Origin: a virus
Reading direction: 5' to 3' (one strand)
Virus record (IMG/VR): IMGVR_UViG_3300023184_000042
Span: 68,304-132,303 of that record
Length of the DNA stretch: 64,000 bases
Position 1 is the stretch's first letter. The number at the start of each line of letters is the position of its first letter. The notes below the pieces were generated by a model that was not told the DNA's origin, did no database searches, and saw only the letters and a list, made by a program, of their open reading frames with translations. Position numbers and translations under genes: made by a program. Positions 36,119 to 45,863 of this stretch are shown here, piece after piece.

Positions 36119-37792
36119 ATGTCATTAAAATCAATCTTAAACGACAGTAACTCTCAAGTACGTCGTCAAATGGATGAGACCAAAGGCCTAGTAGGTAAAT
36201 GGTCAAAGACTGGTTTATTAGAAGGTATTGATAGCGAATACGACAAACATGGTATGGCTATTATGCTTGAAAACCAAGCTAAACAATTAGTAACTGAAGC
36301 TAACTCGACTGGGCAAAACAGTAACTCTGAGCAATGGTCAGGTGTTGCTTTACCATTAGTAAGAAGAGTATTTGCTGAAATTGCAGCAAAAGATTTCGTT
36401 TCTGTTCAACCAATGAATTTACCATCAGGACTTGTGTTCTATATGGATTTCAAATACGGTACGGCTGCAGGTGGTTTCACAACTACTAACAATGCTGTAG
36501 GTGGTTTATCAACTACGGATTCAGGTTATCAAACTAACTCTGTATTTGGTGTAACTAATACAGTAGGTGACCCAACAGGTGGTTTATATGGTGCAGGTAG
36601 ATTTGGATATGCAATTAATGATGCAAAAGTTAATGCTTATGTTTCTGCGTCTTTAACTCCAGGTGCTACTTCTGCGTCTATCGCTTCTGTAATTCCAGCA
36701 GTAGGTGCAGATGATGATTCATTTAACTATGATACAAAATTCATCAATACTTATTCAGGTTCAACTGCATTCAAAAAAATAACTATTTCTTCTTCATTAT
36801 TAACTAATGCAGATTTAAATGGAGCTAGAGCTTTCGCTATCACAGGATCAGGAATCTCTGCTTACTTCCCACAATTCACAGCAATTAATAACACTGCGTC
36901 TGGAACGACAATTTCATTCATTGTTTCTGGATCTATTCCATTAACAGCTACTGCAGCTCACGTTATTTATCAAACTCAGCCAACTGCTAATGGTAGAGGT
37001 GACTTTGAAGATACGACAGGAAACATGACAGACATCAATATTCCAGAAATCAACGTAGAGTTGAAATCAGAGCCAATTGTTGCTAAAACAAGAAAATTAA
37101 AAGCTATTTGGTCTCCAGAGTTTGCTCAAGATTTAAATGCATACCACTCAATCGATGCTGAAGCTGAATTAACTTCTATGTTATCTGAATATATCTCTCA
37201 AGAGATTGATTTAGAAATTTTAGATATGTTAATCCAAAATGCAGTAACGACTGAAAGATGGTCTGCTCAAGTAGGATTTGAATATGCTTCAGCAACTGAT
37301 CAATTTGCTCAATCTGGTTTCACAGGAACTGCTTATACTCAAGGAACTTGGTTCCAAACTTTAGGAACTAAAATCCAAAAAGTATCTAACAAAATTCACC
37401 AAAAAACCATGAGAGGTGGAGCAAACTTCTTAGTATGTTCTCCAGACGTTGCTACTATATTAGAGTCTATCCCAGGATATGCTGCTGATACAGACGGAAC
37501 TAAAATGCAATTTGCAATGGGAGTTCAAAAAGTAGGTATGTTGAATTCAAGATTTACAGTATACAAAAACCCTTATATGACTGATAACGTAATATTATTA
37601 GGATATAGAGGTGCTCAATTCCTTGAGACTGGTGCTGTATATGCTCCATATATTCCACTTATCATGACTCCATTAGTATACGATCCAACAAACTTTACTC
37701 CACGTAAAGGTGTTATGACTCGTTACGCTAAGAAAATGGTAAGACCAGAATTCTATGGTACTATTAAAGTACACGGATTGCATTTAGTATAA
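36119..37792 (+). CDS. gp23: Major capsid protein (T4 gp23-like)
   Basis: KWSKTGLLEG, MLENQ, LPLVRR, VSVQPMNLPSGLVFY, AKTRKLKAIWSPEFAQDLNAYH, YAPYIPL and FTPRKGVMTRYA. Confidence 0.97.
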   Translation: MSLKSILNDSNSQVRRQMDETKGLVGKWSKTGLLEGIDSEYDKHGMAIMLENQAKQLVTEANSTGQNSNSEQWSGVALPLVRRVFAEIAAKDFVSVQPMNLPSGLVFYMDFKYGTAAGGFTTTNNAVGGLSTTDSGYQTNSVFGVTNTVGDPTGGLYGAGRFGYAINDAKVNAYVSASLTPGATSASIASVIPAVGADDDSFNYDTKFINTYSGSTAFKKITISSSLLTNADLNGARAFAITGSGISAYFPQFTAINNTASGTTISFIVSGSIPLTATAAHVIYQTQPTANGRGDFEDTTGNMTDINIPEINVELKSEPIVAKTRKLKAIWSPEFAQDLNAYHSIDAEAELTSMLSEYISQEIDLEILDMLIQNAVTTERWSAQVGFEYASATDQFAQSGFTGTAYTQGTWFQTLGTKIQKVSNKIHQKTMRGGANFLVCSPDVATILESIPGYAADTDGTKMQFAMGVQKVGMLNSRFTVYKNPYMTDNVILLGYRGAQFLETGAVYAPYIPLIMTPLVYDPTNFTPRKGVMTRYAKKMVRPEFYGTIKVHGLHLV

Positions 37793-37817
37793 TCTAAACG
37801 CATTCTAAATTAAGTTT

Positions 37818-37843
37818 AAAAGGGGTTAGAAATAGCCCCTTTT
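37818..37843 (+). terminator. Rho-independent terminator after the capsid gene
   Basis: AAAAGGGGTTA-GAAA-TAGCCCCTTTT. Confidence 0.85.
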
Positions 37844-37867
37844 CTACTGATTAAAAGGCACTTGTTT

Positions 37868-37876
37868 GATATTTAT
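37868..37876 (+). promoter_or_regulatory. Late promoter motif GATATTTAT
   Basis: 16 nt before ATG 37893. Confidence 0.65.
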
Positions 37877-37892
37877 TATAAATTTAGTTATT

Positions 37893-38540
37893 ATGAAAGA
37901 ACCTAATAGAGTTAGAAAAAATGATATTAAGTACAATATCGTTTTAAATGAAGAACAAAAACAAGCAAAGCAATTAATAATAGACAATCAAATTGTTATT
38001 ATTACGGGCAGAGCAGGGTCAGGAAAATCGTTAGTAGGAGCTCAAGCAGCTCTTGATTTTTTAAATAAAAAACAATGCGATAAAATTTTAGTGACTCGAA
38101 GTGCTATTGAAGTTGGTCGATCGTTAGGATTTCTTCCTGGAGCTTTAGAAGACAAATTCAATCCATATATGGAAGCTCTTATTGAGAATTTGTATAAGTG
38201 TATGGACAAAATTAAAATAGATGATTTTGTAAAAACTGAAAGAGTTCAAGCACTTCCGGTGCAATTTATCAGAGGTAAAACAATAGACGATGTGTTGATT
38301 GTAGAAGAAGCACAGAACCTTACGAAGCCTGAGATGCTTGCCATCTTAACACGCCTTGGAAAGACCGGTAAAATCATTATAAACGGGGATAATGAACAGC
38401 AGGACACAAACGAATCTATTTCAGGTTTAACCTATGCAATAGAGCTCTCTAAAAAGATAGATGGCATTGAATGGATTAAATTAAAAGAGAATCACAGAAG
38501 TGATTTAGTAGGTAAGATACTAGATTATGAATATAATTAA
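37893..38540 (+). CDS. phoH: PhoH-like ATPase
   Basis: GRAGSGKS, LGFLPG, FIRGKT, EEAQN, LTRLG, GDNEQ.D and HRS; start moved to ATG 37893 downstream of the promoter motif. Confidence 0.93.
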   Translation: MKEPNRVRKNDIKYNIVLNEEQKQAKQLIIDNQIVIITGRAGSGKSLVGAQAALDFLNKKQCDKILVTRSAIEVGRSLGFLPGALEDKFNPYMEALIENLYKCMDKIKIDDFVKTERVQALPVQFIRGKTIDDVLIVEEAQNLTKPEMLAILTRLGKTGKIIINGDNEQQDTNESISGLTYAIELSKKIDGIEWIKLKENHRSDLVGKILDYEYN

Positions 38541-38543
38541 ATT

Positions 38544-39110
38544 ATGAAATTAAAAGATATATTAGATACAGTTTTAGAAGATATTGAAAAAGGATGGCAA
38601 AAACAATTTGTACAAGGTCAAGTATATTCTAATCCATTTGCTAATTCATTTAATCAAATAAATGAAGGAGTAGTTAAAACTGTAATTATAATGATAGGAT
38701 TGCCTGGCTCAGGAAAATCTACATTTATTAAAAAACTACCTAGCGCTCCTGTAATTTGCTCTGCAGATAATTATTTTGAATCACCTGATGGTAAATACAA
38801 TTTTGATGCTACTCAATTAGGTAATGCTCACAACCAATGTAGAAACAAAGCTGCATTGGCAATGCATCAACAAAAACCTACTATTGTAATAGATAATACA
38901 AATTTAACAGACAAAGAAAGAGCTCCATATGAACAGCTAGCAGAAGAAAATGGCTATAAAATTTTATATGTAGTATTTGAACCAAATAAACAAAATATTA
39001 AGAAACTAGCACAGCGTAATCTTCATGGCGTAGAAGCAGCTAAACTAGAAGTTATGATGAAAAGATTTCGACCACCTAGTGGCGAAAAAGGAAAAATAAT
39101 CTTTAAATAA
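38544..39110 (+). CDS. P-loop kinase (polynucleotide kinase/AAA_33-like) behind a putative capsid-targeting leader
   Basis: MKLKDILDTVLE...QINE then IGLPGSGKST, CSADNYF, IDNTN and RNLHGV. Confidence 0.8.
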   Translation: MKLKDILDTVLEDIEKGWQKQFVQGQVYSNPFANSFNQINEGVVKTVIIMIGLPGSGKSTFIKKLPSAPVICSADNYFESPDGKYNFDATQLGNAHNQCRNKAALAMHQQKPTIVIDNTNLTDKERAPYEQLAEENGYKILYVVFEPNKQNIKKLAQRNLHGVEAAKLEVMMKRFRPPSGEKGKIIFK

Positions 39111-39124
39111 CTTAATTAATTACT

Positions 39125-39931
39125 ATGTTACTAAAAAACGGGTCATCTGGAGAAGATGTAAAAAAATTACAAGCTAAATTAGGTTTAACTGCAGACGGTG
39201 CATTTGGACCTGGAACAGAAGCTAAAGTAAAAGAATGGCAAACTGCTAATGGTTTAACTGCAGATGGAATTGTAGGGGATGGAACTTGGACAAAAATGTT
39301 TGGAGCCCCAGCTGCTGCAATACCAAATTCAAATTTTAAATTAGATAAATTAAAAGGACACGTGCCTGATTCAGTAATAGCTCAAATTCCTTCAACTGCA
39401 GCTAAATTCGGAATTACTACGTCTTTAAGACTTGCTCATTTCTTAGCTCAATGCGGTCATGAGTCTGGAGGATTCAAAGCAGTTTCTGAAAATGTAAATT
39501 ATTCGGCAGACGGCCTTAAAAAAATATTTGGAAAATACTTTCCTGGCAATCTATCAGACTTATATGCAAGACAACCTGAGAAAATAGCTTCTAGAGTTTA
39601 TGCTTCTAGAATGGGTAATGGAGATGAAGCTTCAAAAGAAGGATTCAAATTCAGAGGAAGAGGCTTTATTCAATTGACAGGTAAATCTAATTACACTAAT
39701 TTTACTAAATTTATTGGAGAAGATTGTGTTGGAAATCCTGATTTAGTAGCTACTAAATATCCATTAGCTTCAGCTGCATTCTTCTTTGACTCAAATAAAC
39801 TATGGGCTATCTGTGATAAAGGTGCGGATGATGCGACAATAACGGCAGTAACTAAAAGAGTGAATGGAGGTACTATTGGATTAGCTGATAGAATCAAGCA
39901 CTTTAAAGAATTTTATAGTTTATTATCTTAA
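39125..39931 (+). CDS. Endolysin: peptidoglycan-binding domain plus GH19 catalytic domain
   Basis: DGAFGPGT..VKEWQ..NGLTADGIVG; LAHFLAQCGHESGGF; RGRGFIQLTGKSNY; VTKRVNGG. Confidence 0.92.
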   Translation: MLLKNGSSGEDVKKLQAKLGLTADGAFGPGTEAKVKEWQTANGLTADGIVGDGTWTKMFGAPAAAIPNSNFKLDKLKGHVPDSVIAQIPSTAAKFGITTSLRLAHFLAQCGHESGGFKAVSENVNYSADGLKKIFGKYFPGNLSDLYARQPEKIASRVYASRMGNGDEASKEGFKFRGRGFIQLTGKSNYTNFTKFIGEDCVGNPDLVATKYPLASAAFFFDSNKLWAICDKGADDATITAVTKRVNGGTIGLADRIKHFKEFYSLLS

Positions 39932-39933
39932 AA

Positions 39934-39942
39934 GATATTTAT
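39934..39942 (+). promoter_or_regulatory. Late promoter motif GATATTTAT
   Basis: 17 nt before ATG 39960. Confidence 0.65.
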
Positions 39943-39959
39943 TAATAAAGTAAAGGAAC

Positions 39960-41114
39960 ATGGCAGTAACAATACCAATTTGGACAGGCTCAAGTACATT
40001 TGTAGCAGGGTCAACTGGATCATTTGGATTTTTTGATACAGATACAACATATCAATCACACGCTGATAAAGTAGCGGCATGGTGTGCTGGTAGATTAGGA
40101 TATCCAATTAACGACGTTGAGCTTCAGCCAGTACATTTTTACGCTTGTTTTGAAGAGGCATCTTTAGAATATTCTAATCAAGTTAATCAATTCTCTATTA
40201 GAGATAACATGTTTCAATTGCAAGGTTCTCCGACAGGAGGTAATTTAACAGGGAAACCAGTAAATACCAATTTAGGAAGATTAATAGGTATTGCAAAAAA
40301 TTACGGTACAGAAGCAGGTTCAGGAGGTTATTTAGCTTACAAATCTGCTTCTATACAAGTAACGACAAATCAACAAGTATATGACTTAAATGATTTTAGT
40401 TTTGAAGTAGCTAGCGACTCGAATAAACACATTGAAATTAAAAAAATATTTCATGACACTCCTCCAGCTATTACAAGATACTTTGACCCGTTTGTAGGAA
40501 CTGGTTTAGGGTCTCAAACAATGTTAGAAAACTTTGGATGGGGTAATTATTCTCCAGGAGTATCATTTTTAATGATGCCTATGTATGCGGATTTATTAAG
40601 ACTTCAAGCAATTGAAATGAATGATATGATTCGTAAATCAGCATTTAGTTTTTCAGTAACAGGAGATAGATTAACTTTGTTTCCAGTACCAACATACGAT
40701 TATACATTATTTATAAATTACATTACAGAAGAAGATCGTTCAGCTTTACAAGTTATAACAGGTTCAAATGTAGTAGGAGATTTTTCAAATGCTCCTTATG
40801 AATTGCATAAATATAATCAAATCAACCCAGCTGGAAAGCAATGGATATTCAAATATACATTGGCTCTAGCAAAAGAAGTTTTAGGTAATATTAGAGGTAA
40901 GTATTCTTCTATTCCAATTCCAGGTTCTGAAACGACTTTAAACGGAGCTGATTTAGTATCTCAAGGCCAAACAGAAAAAGAAGCTTTGATTACTCAATTA
41001 AGAGAAAATCTAGAAGCAGTTTCTAGACAATCTCAATTAGCTAAAATGACTGAAGAAGCAGACAATATACAATCTCAATTAAACAAGGTACCTATGCCTA
41101 TTTATATAGGTTAA
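39960..41114 (+). CDS. Neck/head-tail adaptor (T4 gp13-like)
   Basis: RLGYPINDVEL; WIFKYTLALAKEVLG.IRGKY..IPIPG...LNG; ends PIYIG. Confidence 0.85.
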   Translation: MAVTIPIWTGSSTFVAGSTGSFGFFDTDTTYQSHADKVAAWCAGRLGYPINDVELQPVHFYACFEEASLEYSNQVNQFSIRDNMFQLQGSPTGGNLTGKPVNTNLGRLIGIAKNYGTEAGSGGYLAYKSASIQVTTNQQVYDLNDFSFEVASDSNKHIEIKKIFHDTPPAITRYFDPFVGTGLGSQTMLENFGWGNYSPGVSFLMMPMYADLLRLQAIEMNDMIRKSAFSFSVTGDRLTLFPVPTYDYTLFINYITEEDRSALQVITGSNVVGDFSNAPYELHKYNQINPAGKQWIFKYTLALAKEVLGNIRGKYSSIPIPGSETTLNGADLVSQGQTEKEALITQLRENLEAVSRQSQLAKMTEEADNIQSQLNKVPMPIYIG

Positions 41115-41118
41115 TGAT

Positions 41119-41646
41119 ATGGCATTATTTGGCGGTCAAAGAGACGCTTCTTTAATTAGAAGTTTAAATAGAGAGTTAATTCACAGATGGATAGATACAG
41201 AAGTGTTGTTTTACAAGACACAGTTAAGCTCTATTACTAGCAATATCTATGACGAAACAAATAATAAAGTATATCAACAACCTGTTTTAATTCCATGCAT
41301 CGTAACTTTTGAAGATGAAGTTTGGACTACTGAAGATTATGGTTCTGACGTAAACCAAAATTGTACTTTTTCATTTTTAAAAGATGATTTAATAGATAGC
41401 GACTATCATCCTGAAATTGGAGATATTATTGAATATCGTTCAAGATTTTTTGAAATAGATTCCACAGTAGATAACCAAAATTTTGTAGGTAAAGATCCAG
41501 ACAGCTGGTTTGGAGGCACAGACCATGGATATTCACTTTCTTATATTGTTCAAGCTCATATGACTCGTCAGTCTAAAGTAAATGTAGTACAAACAAGATT
41601 TGGAGTACCTCCAACGGCAAAATCAATATTACCAAGTAATCTATAA
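41119..41646 (+). CDS. Head completion/neck protein (T4 gp14-like)
   Basis: NIYDE...K; PEIGDII..FFEI; position after the gp13-like gene. Confidence 0.7.
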   Translation: MALFGGQRDASLIRSLNRELIHRWIDTEVLFYKTQLSSITSNIYDETNNKVYQQPVLIPCIVTFEDEVWTTEDYGSDVNQNCTFSFLKDDLIDSDYHPEIGDIIEYRSRFFEIDSTVDNQNFVGKDPDSWFGGTDHGYSLSYIVQAHMTRQSKVNVVQTRFGVPPTAKSILPSNL

Positions 41647-42851
41647 TGAGACCAGATAAAATAACTAAAAGTGAAGCAGCGTTTGCATCTGATAAAGAAG
41701 TAAAACGTAATTTAGGATATACTGACATTAAGCGAGATGGCCTAGTTAAAGACATTTCAACTTCATTATATGATGTAGACTATGCAATTAAATGGCATTT
41801 AGAAAATATAATTACTCCTACAATTGTAGAAGAGAATACAGTTATATCAGTGCCAATAATGTTTGCAGCAGGAGAGAAATGGGCTTCTGTACAAAAGCAT
41901 GGATTTCTTCGTGACTCGCAAGGAAAACTTCTTACTCCACTTATAATGATAAGAAGAAATTCGGTTACTAAAAGAGAAGACATTCAAGATTTAAAAGTGT
42001 TAGATACTTCAGACAATAGAATTACTTTTGAAAGAAAATATACTCAAAGAAATAGATATTCTAGATTTGATATATCACAAAGACCAAAAGAAAAAGAATA
42101 TTATTCTATGAGCGTGCCTAAATTTATGCAAGTAGAATATGAAATTTTATGTTGGACTAATAATACTGTACAATTAAATGAAATTGTAGAGCAATTAATA
42201 TGGTTTGATGGCAAAGCCTTTGGCGATGCTCATAAATTTATCACTCATATAGATCCGCCAGCATTTGAAAATATAAATGATACGGGAACTGACAGAGTGG
42301 TTAGAGCTACATTGTCAATGAGAACTAAAGCTCATATATTAAATACTCATGGACCAAATGCACCTTCATTTTATAAACTTAATCCAGTTAATAAAATTAT
42401 TGCTGGAATTGAAATAGATGGAGTCACTGAATCAGTTTCTGCATTAGCAGATACTACACCTAGAGAATCAAGCACTTCGTTATTAAATGGCTTCGGCTCA
42501 AGATCTAGCGGAGGAAGTAGTATAGGCACGGCAGCATTGTCTTATTTAAACATGAACAGGCAATTAACAGGCACTGTTGTAAATTCAACTACTGTAACAT
42601 TTGCTTCAGGATGGGAAGATGCTCCACAAGGAATGTCAGCTACTAGTATAGATAATTTTACATTTTTACATAAACAATCAAATTGGGAACAAGCTGCTTC
42701 ATTTATACCTAGATCTGCAATTGTATCATTTACACAATCAAATGGAATTTCCACGCTTGTAGTAAATACAGCCAATTTAGATTATAGTTTAGTTGCTGGC
42801 GATTATATAATAGGAATTGGAAAATTCCTAGTACAAGACTCCTTAGCATAG
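41646..42851 (+). CDS. Tail terminator/sheath stabiliser (T4 gp15-like) with a C-terminal extra domain
   Basis: VPIMFAAGEKW, PLIMIRR, P.FMQVEYEI; position before the sheath gene. Confidence 0.7.
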   Translation: MRPDKITKSEAAFASDKEVKRNLGYTDIKRDGLVKDISTSLYDVDYAIKWHLENIITPTIVEENTVISVPIMFAAGEKWASVQKHGFLRDSQGKLLTPLIMIRRNSVTKREDIQDLKVLDTSDNRITFERKYTQRNRYSRFDISQRPKEKEYYSMSVPKFMQVEYEILCWTNNTVQLNEIVEQLIWFDGKAFGDAHKFITHIDPPAFENINDTGTDRVVRATLSMRTKAHILNTHGPNAPSFYKLNPVNKIIAGIEIDGVTESVSALADTTPRESSTSLLNGFGSRSSGGSSIGTAALSYLNMNRQLTGTVVNSTTVTFASGWEDAPQGMSATSIDNFTFLHKQSNWEQAASFIPRSAIVSFTQSNGISTLVVNTANLDYSLVAGDYIIGIGKFLVQDSLA

Positions 42852-42868
42852 GTTTCAAATGGTTGCTC

Positions 42869-42877
42869 CATATTTAT
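42869..42877 (+). promoter_or_regulatory. Late promoter motif CATATTTAT
   Basis: 22 nt before ATG 42900. Confidence 0.65.
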
Positions 42878-42899
42878 AATAAATTAAAATAATCAAGTT

Positions 42900-43181
42900 A
42901 TGACAGAACAAACTGCAATCACACTTACAGAGTCAGAGTTAAATGCACTCAAAGAATTGCGTGAACAATACGCTTTATCAACCACTCAATTTGGTCAACT
43001 TAAAATTGAAAAACGTTTAGTAGAAAAAGAGCTAGATAAATTAGCTCGTTTAGAAGAAGAATTTGAAAGACAATATGACGCTATAATAGAGTCTGAAGTT
43101 GCTTTAGTTAAGCAAATTGAAGATACCTATGGACAAGGAAATGTCGACTTAGAGACTGGAATATTCACTCCGGTACAATAA
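42900..43181 (+). CDS. Small coiled-coil protein
   Basis: LTESELNALKEL...YGQGNVDLETGIF. Confidence 0.65.
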   Translation: MTEQTAITLTESELNALKELREQYALSTTQFGQLKIEKRLVEKELDKLARLEEEFERQYDAIIESEVALVKQIEDTYGQGNVDLETGIFTPVQ

Positions 43182-43200
43182 CTGTTTGAGTTTAGATAAT

Positions 43201-43209
43201 CATATTTAT
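43201..43209 (+). promoter_or_regulatory. Late promoter motif CATATTTAT
   Basis: Upstream of the sheath ATG at 43254. Confidence 0.6.
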
Positions 43210-43253
43210 TAATGATAATTAACTTAAATTAAACCTTTAACACATAAAACACA

Positions 43254-45713
43254 ATGGCAGAAAAAATAGTAAGTGCTGGTGTCTTTACCGCTGAAAAGGA
43301 TTTGTCTTTCTTACCTCAAGGAATATCTGAAATAGGAGCTGCATTTGTAGGCCCTACATTGAAAGGACCAGCAATGGTTCCGACGACAGTTTCTTCTTAC
43401 GGTGAGTTTGTTCAAACTTTTGGTGACACCAACCCTAATTTATACTTACCTTACACAGCTAAGGAGTATTTAAACTCTTCAGGACAATTAACAGTTGTTC
43501 GTACTTTACATGACGATGGATATAAAGTAGTAAACCCAATAGCAATAGTTGCTACAGGATCTTTTGGAAAAAGACACATTGCATTCATTCACCCTTCTCA
43601 AGTAGTTAGTGACTCGGGGCCAACCTTTACAATTGCAACGGCTACTGCAATGTTTGAGAAAACAGCATATGATCCGTCAAGAACTTTATCAAATCAATCT
43701 GGTTCAGTTGTAATTAAATTGTCAGGTTCATATGGTATCGATACTGCGTTTAACGTTAATCAAGGATCAGTAGGTTCTTCATTTAGTGCTTCAATTAATG
43801 CAACAGCTGCAAACTATATATCAAAAGTATTTAGTAAAATACCTACTACTAGCACTCAAGCAGGATACTTATATACGATGTTTGATCAAGCAGCATCTTC
43901 TTCGCTAGCGGCAGATCCAGCAGTATCATTTATTTTAGAGTCAGGTTCATATACTTCAAGATCTACATTCCAAAATGCAGAAACTCCTTGGCTTATATCT
44001 CAAACGGTAAATAATACAAATTATAATTTATTCAAATTTCACACTATCAGTGATGGTAGTACTGCAAATTATGAAACTAAAATTACAATTTCTAATATTA
44101 AAGCTGCAGGTACTGTTCCAGGTTCTGTATATGGAGCATTTACAGTAACTGTAAGAGCAGTAGATCAAACTTATTTAAAAGCACTTGGGTCTCCATATGA
44201 CACTCAAGATACTGACGTTCGACCAAACATTTTAGAATCTTTTGACAATGTAAATTTAGATCCTAACTCTCCTAGATATATTGCTAGAGTGATTGGAGAT
44301 AGATATAGAACATTTACCAATGGTAAAGTTGTATTATATGGAGATTATGCAAATAAATCTAAATATGTATATGTTGAAGTAGATTCAAACGTTGCTAAAG
44401 CTTCGCTATCTGAAGAGTTAGTTCCTTTTGGTCACGCTGCATTATATAGTACAATACCTTCTACATACACTGCTCCACAAGCTGCAGCATTAGTTGTATC
44501 TCAATCTATTTCAGGTATTTACAATAAAAGAGTTCATTATGGATTTAATTATGATTTTGGTACTACAGATAATGACAATTATCTAAAACCACTTCCAGAC
44601 AGTGCAGTAGTAGGTAATAATGCTACGTTCTTATTGTCAAACTATTCTCAACATCCTAGTGCAAATTACCCATCAGCTGCTTTAGCTTATTCAGGGTCAA
44701 TTGACTTGACTACTAACACTTCAGCTGATACTCGTAAATTTGTTGTACCTTTTCAAGGTGGATTCAATGGATGTCAACCAAATAGAAGATCATTATCAGG
44801 AGCAGACATTGTAGCTTCTAATACTCAAGGATATGATTTAGCAGGATTGTCTAGTAAAGATTATTCAGTATATACTAATGCTATTGATGCTGTATCTAAC
44901 CCAGATGAATTAGATATTAATATGTTAGTTCTTCCAGGCGTTATTCAAACATTGCACCCTGCAATTATTGACTATGCAGCTAATATGTGTTTAGACAGAG
45001 GAGATACTTTCTTAGTATTTGATTGTGTTGGATTAACAGATAATATTGCGACAGCAGTAGGCGCAGTTCAAACAATTGATAACAATTACGCTGCAACTTA
45101 CTACCCATGGGTGAAAATATTAGACGTAGGTATTAACAAACCAGTTTGGGTTCCTCCGACAGTTGTTATTCCTGGTGTTCTTTCATTCAATGATAAAGTA
45201 GCTGCTGAATGGTATGCTCCAGCAGGTTTAAATAGAGGTGGATTATCAACAGTAATCGACGCTTATACTCGTTTAACTCACGCTGAAAGAGATACATTAT
45301 ATGAAGGAAGAATTAACCCAATTGCAACATTCCCTGCTCAAGGTGTATGTGTATGGGGTCAAAAAACTCTTCAAGCTAAACCATCAGCTCTTGATAGAAT
45401 CAACGTAAGAAGATTGTTAATTGCTGTTAAGAAATTTATTGCGTCTGCAACAAAGTATTTGGTTTTTGAAAACAATACAGCTGCAACTCGTAACCGTTTC
45501 TTAAATATCTGTAATCCATATTTAGAGTCAGTTCAACAAAGACAAGGACTTTATGGATTTAAAGTTATTATGGATGAAACAAATAACACTCCAGACTTAA
45601 TCGATAGAAATATTATGTATGGTCAAATTTATTTACAACCTGCGAAAACCGCAGAATTTATTATAATTGACTTTAACATTTTACCTACCGGTGCTGCATT
45701 TCCAGGAGCATAA
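43254..45713 (+). CDS. gp18: Contractile tail sheath protein (T4 gp18-like)
   Basis: SAGVFTAEKDLS, AFVGPTLKGP, YYPWV, WYAPAGLNRG, INPI..F, WGQKTL, RINVRRL and PAKTAEFI. Confidence 0.96.
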   Translation: MAEKIVSAGVFTAEKDLSFLPQGISEIGAAFVGPTLKGPAMVPTTVSSYGEFVQTFGDTNPNLYLPYTAKEYLNSSGQLTVVRTLHDDGYKVVNPIAIVATGSFGKRHIAFIHPSQVVSDSGPTFTIATATAMFEKTAYDPSRTLSNQSGSVVIKLSGSYGIDTAFNVNQGSVGSSFSASINATAANYISKVFSKIPTTSTQAGYLYTMFDQAASSSLAADPAVSFILESGSYTSRSTFQNAETPWLISQTVNNTNYNLFKFHTISDGSTANYETKITISNIKAAGTVPGSVYGAFTVTVRAVDQTYLKALGSPYDTQDTDVRPNILESFDNVNLDPNSPRYIARVIGDRYRTFTNGKVVLYGDYANKSKYVYVEVDSNVAKASLSEELVPFGHAALYSTIPSTYTAPQAAALVVSQSISGIYNKRVHYGFNYDFGTTDNDNYLKPLPDSAVVGNNATFLLSNYSQHPSANYPSAALAYSGSIDLTTNTSADTRKFVVPFQGGFNGCQPNRRSLSGADIVASNTQGYDLAGLSSKDYSVYTNAIDAVSNPDELDINMLVLPGVIQTLHPAIIDYAANMCLDRGDTFLVFDCVGLTDNIATAVGAVQTIDNNYAATYYPWVKILDVGINKPVWVPPTVVIPGVLSFNDKVAAEWYAPAGLNRGGLSTVIDAYTRLTHAERDTLYEGRINPIATFPAQGVCVWGQKTLQAKPSALDRINVRRLLIAVKKFIASATKYLVFENNTAATRNRFLNICNPYLESVQQRQGLYGFKVIMDETNNTPDLIDRNIMYGQIYLQPAKTAEFIIIDFNILPTGAAFPGA

Positions 45714-45728
45714 TAATTAGTAAAGATC

Positions 45729-45759
45729 AAAGGGGCTATAATATAGTCCCTTTTCTTTT
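45729..45759 (+). terminator. Rho-independent terminator after the sheath gene
   Basis: AAAGGGGCTAT-AAT-ATAGTCCCTTT followed by a T-rich tract. Confidence 0.75.
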
Positions 45760-45775
45760 GTTTTTTCGATACTTA

Positions 45776-45831
45776 CATATTTATATTAAATAAAAGAAAC
45801 GGTTATGTTTTTCCGAAAGGATGATATTTAT
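45776..45831 (+). promoter_or_regulatory. Tandem late motifs CATATTTAT (45776-45784) and GATATTTAT (45823-45831) before the tail tube gene
   Basis: Both are followed by ATTAAA. Confidence 0.65.
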
Positions 45832-45863
45832 ATTAAAAAAGAACTTAAACAAATTATACAAAA

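Noticed and set aside
27365-37792. Introns or inteins in terminase, portal or capsid genes
   Set aside because: The ORFs are continuous with ordinary lengths and no intein or homing-endonuclease motifs were recognised
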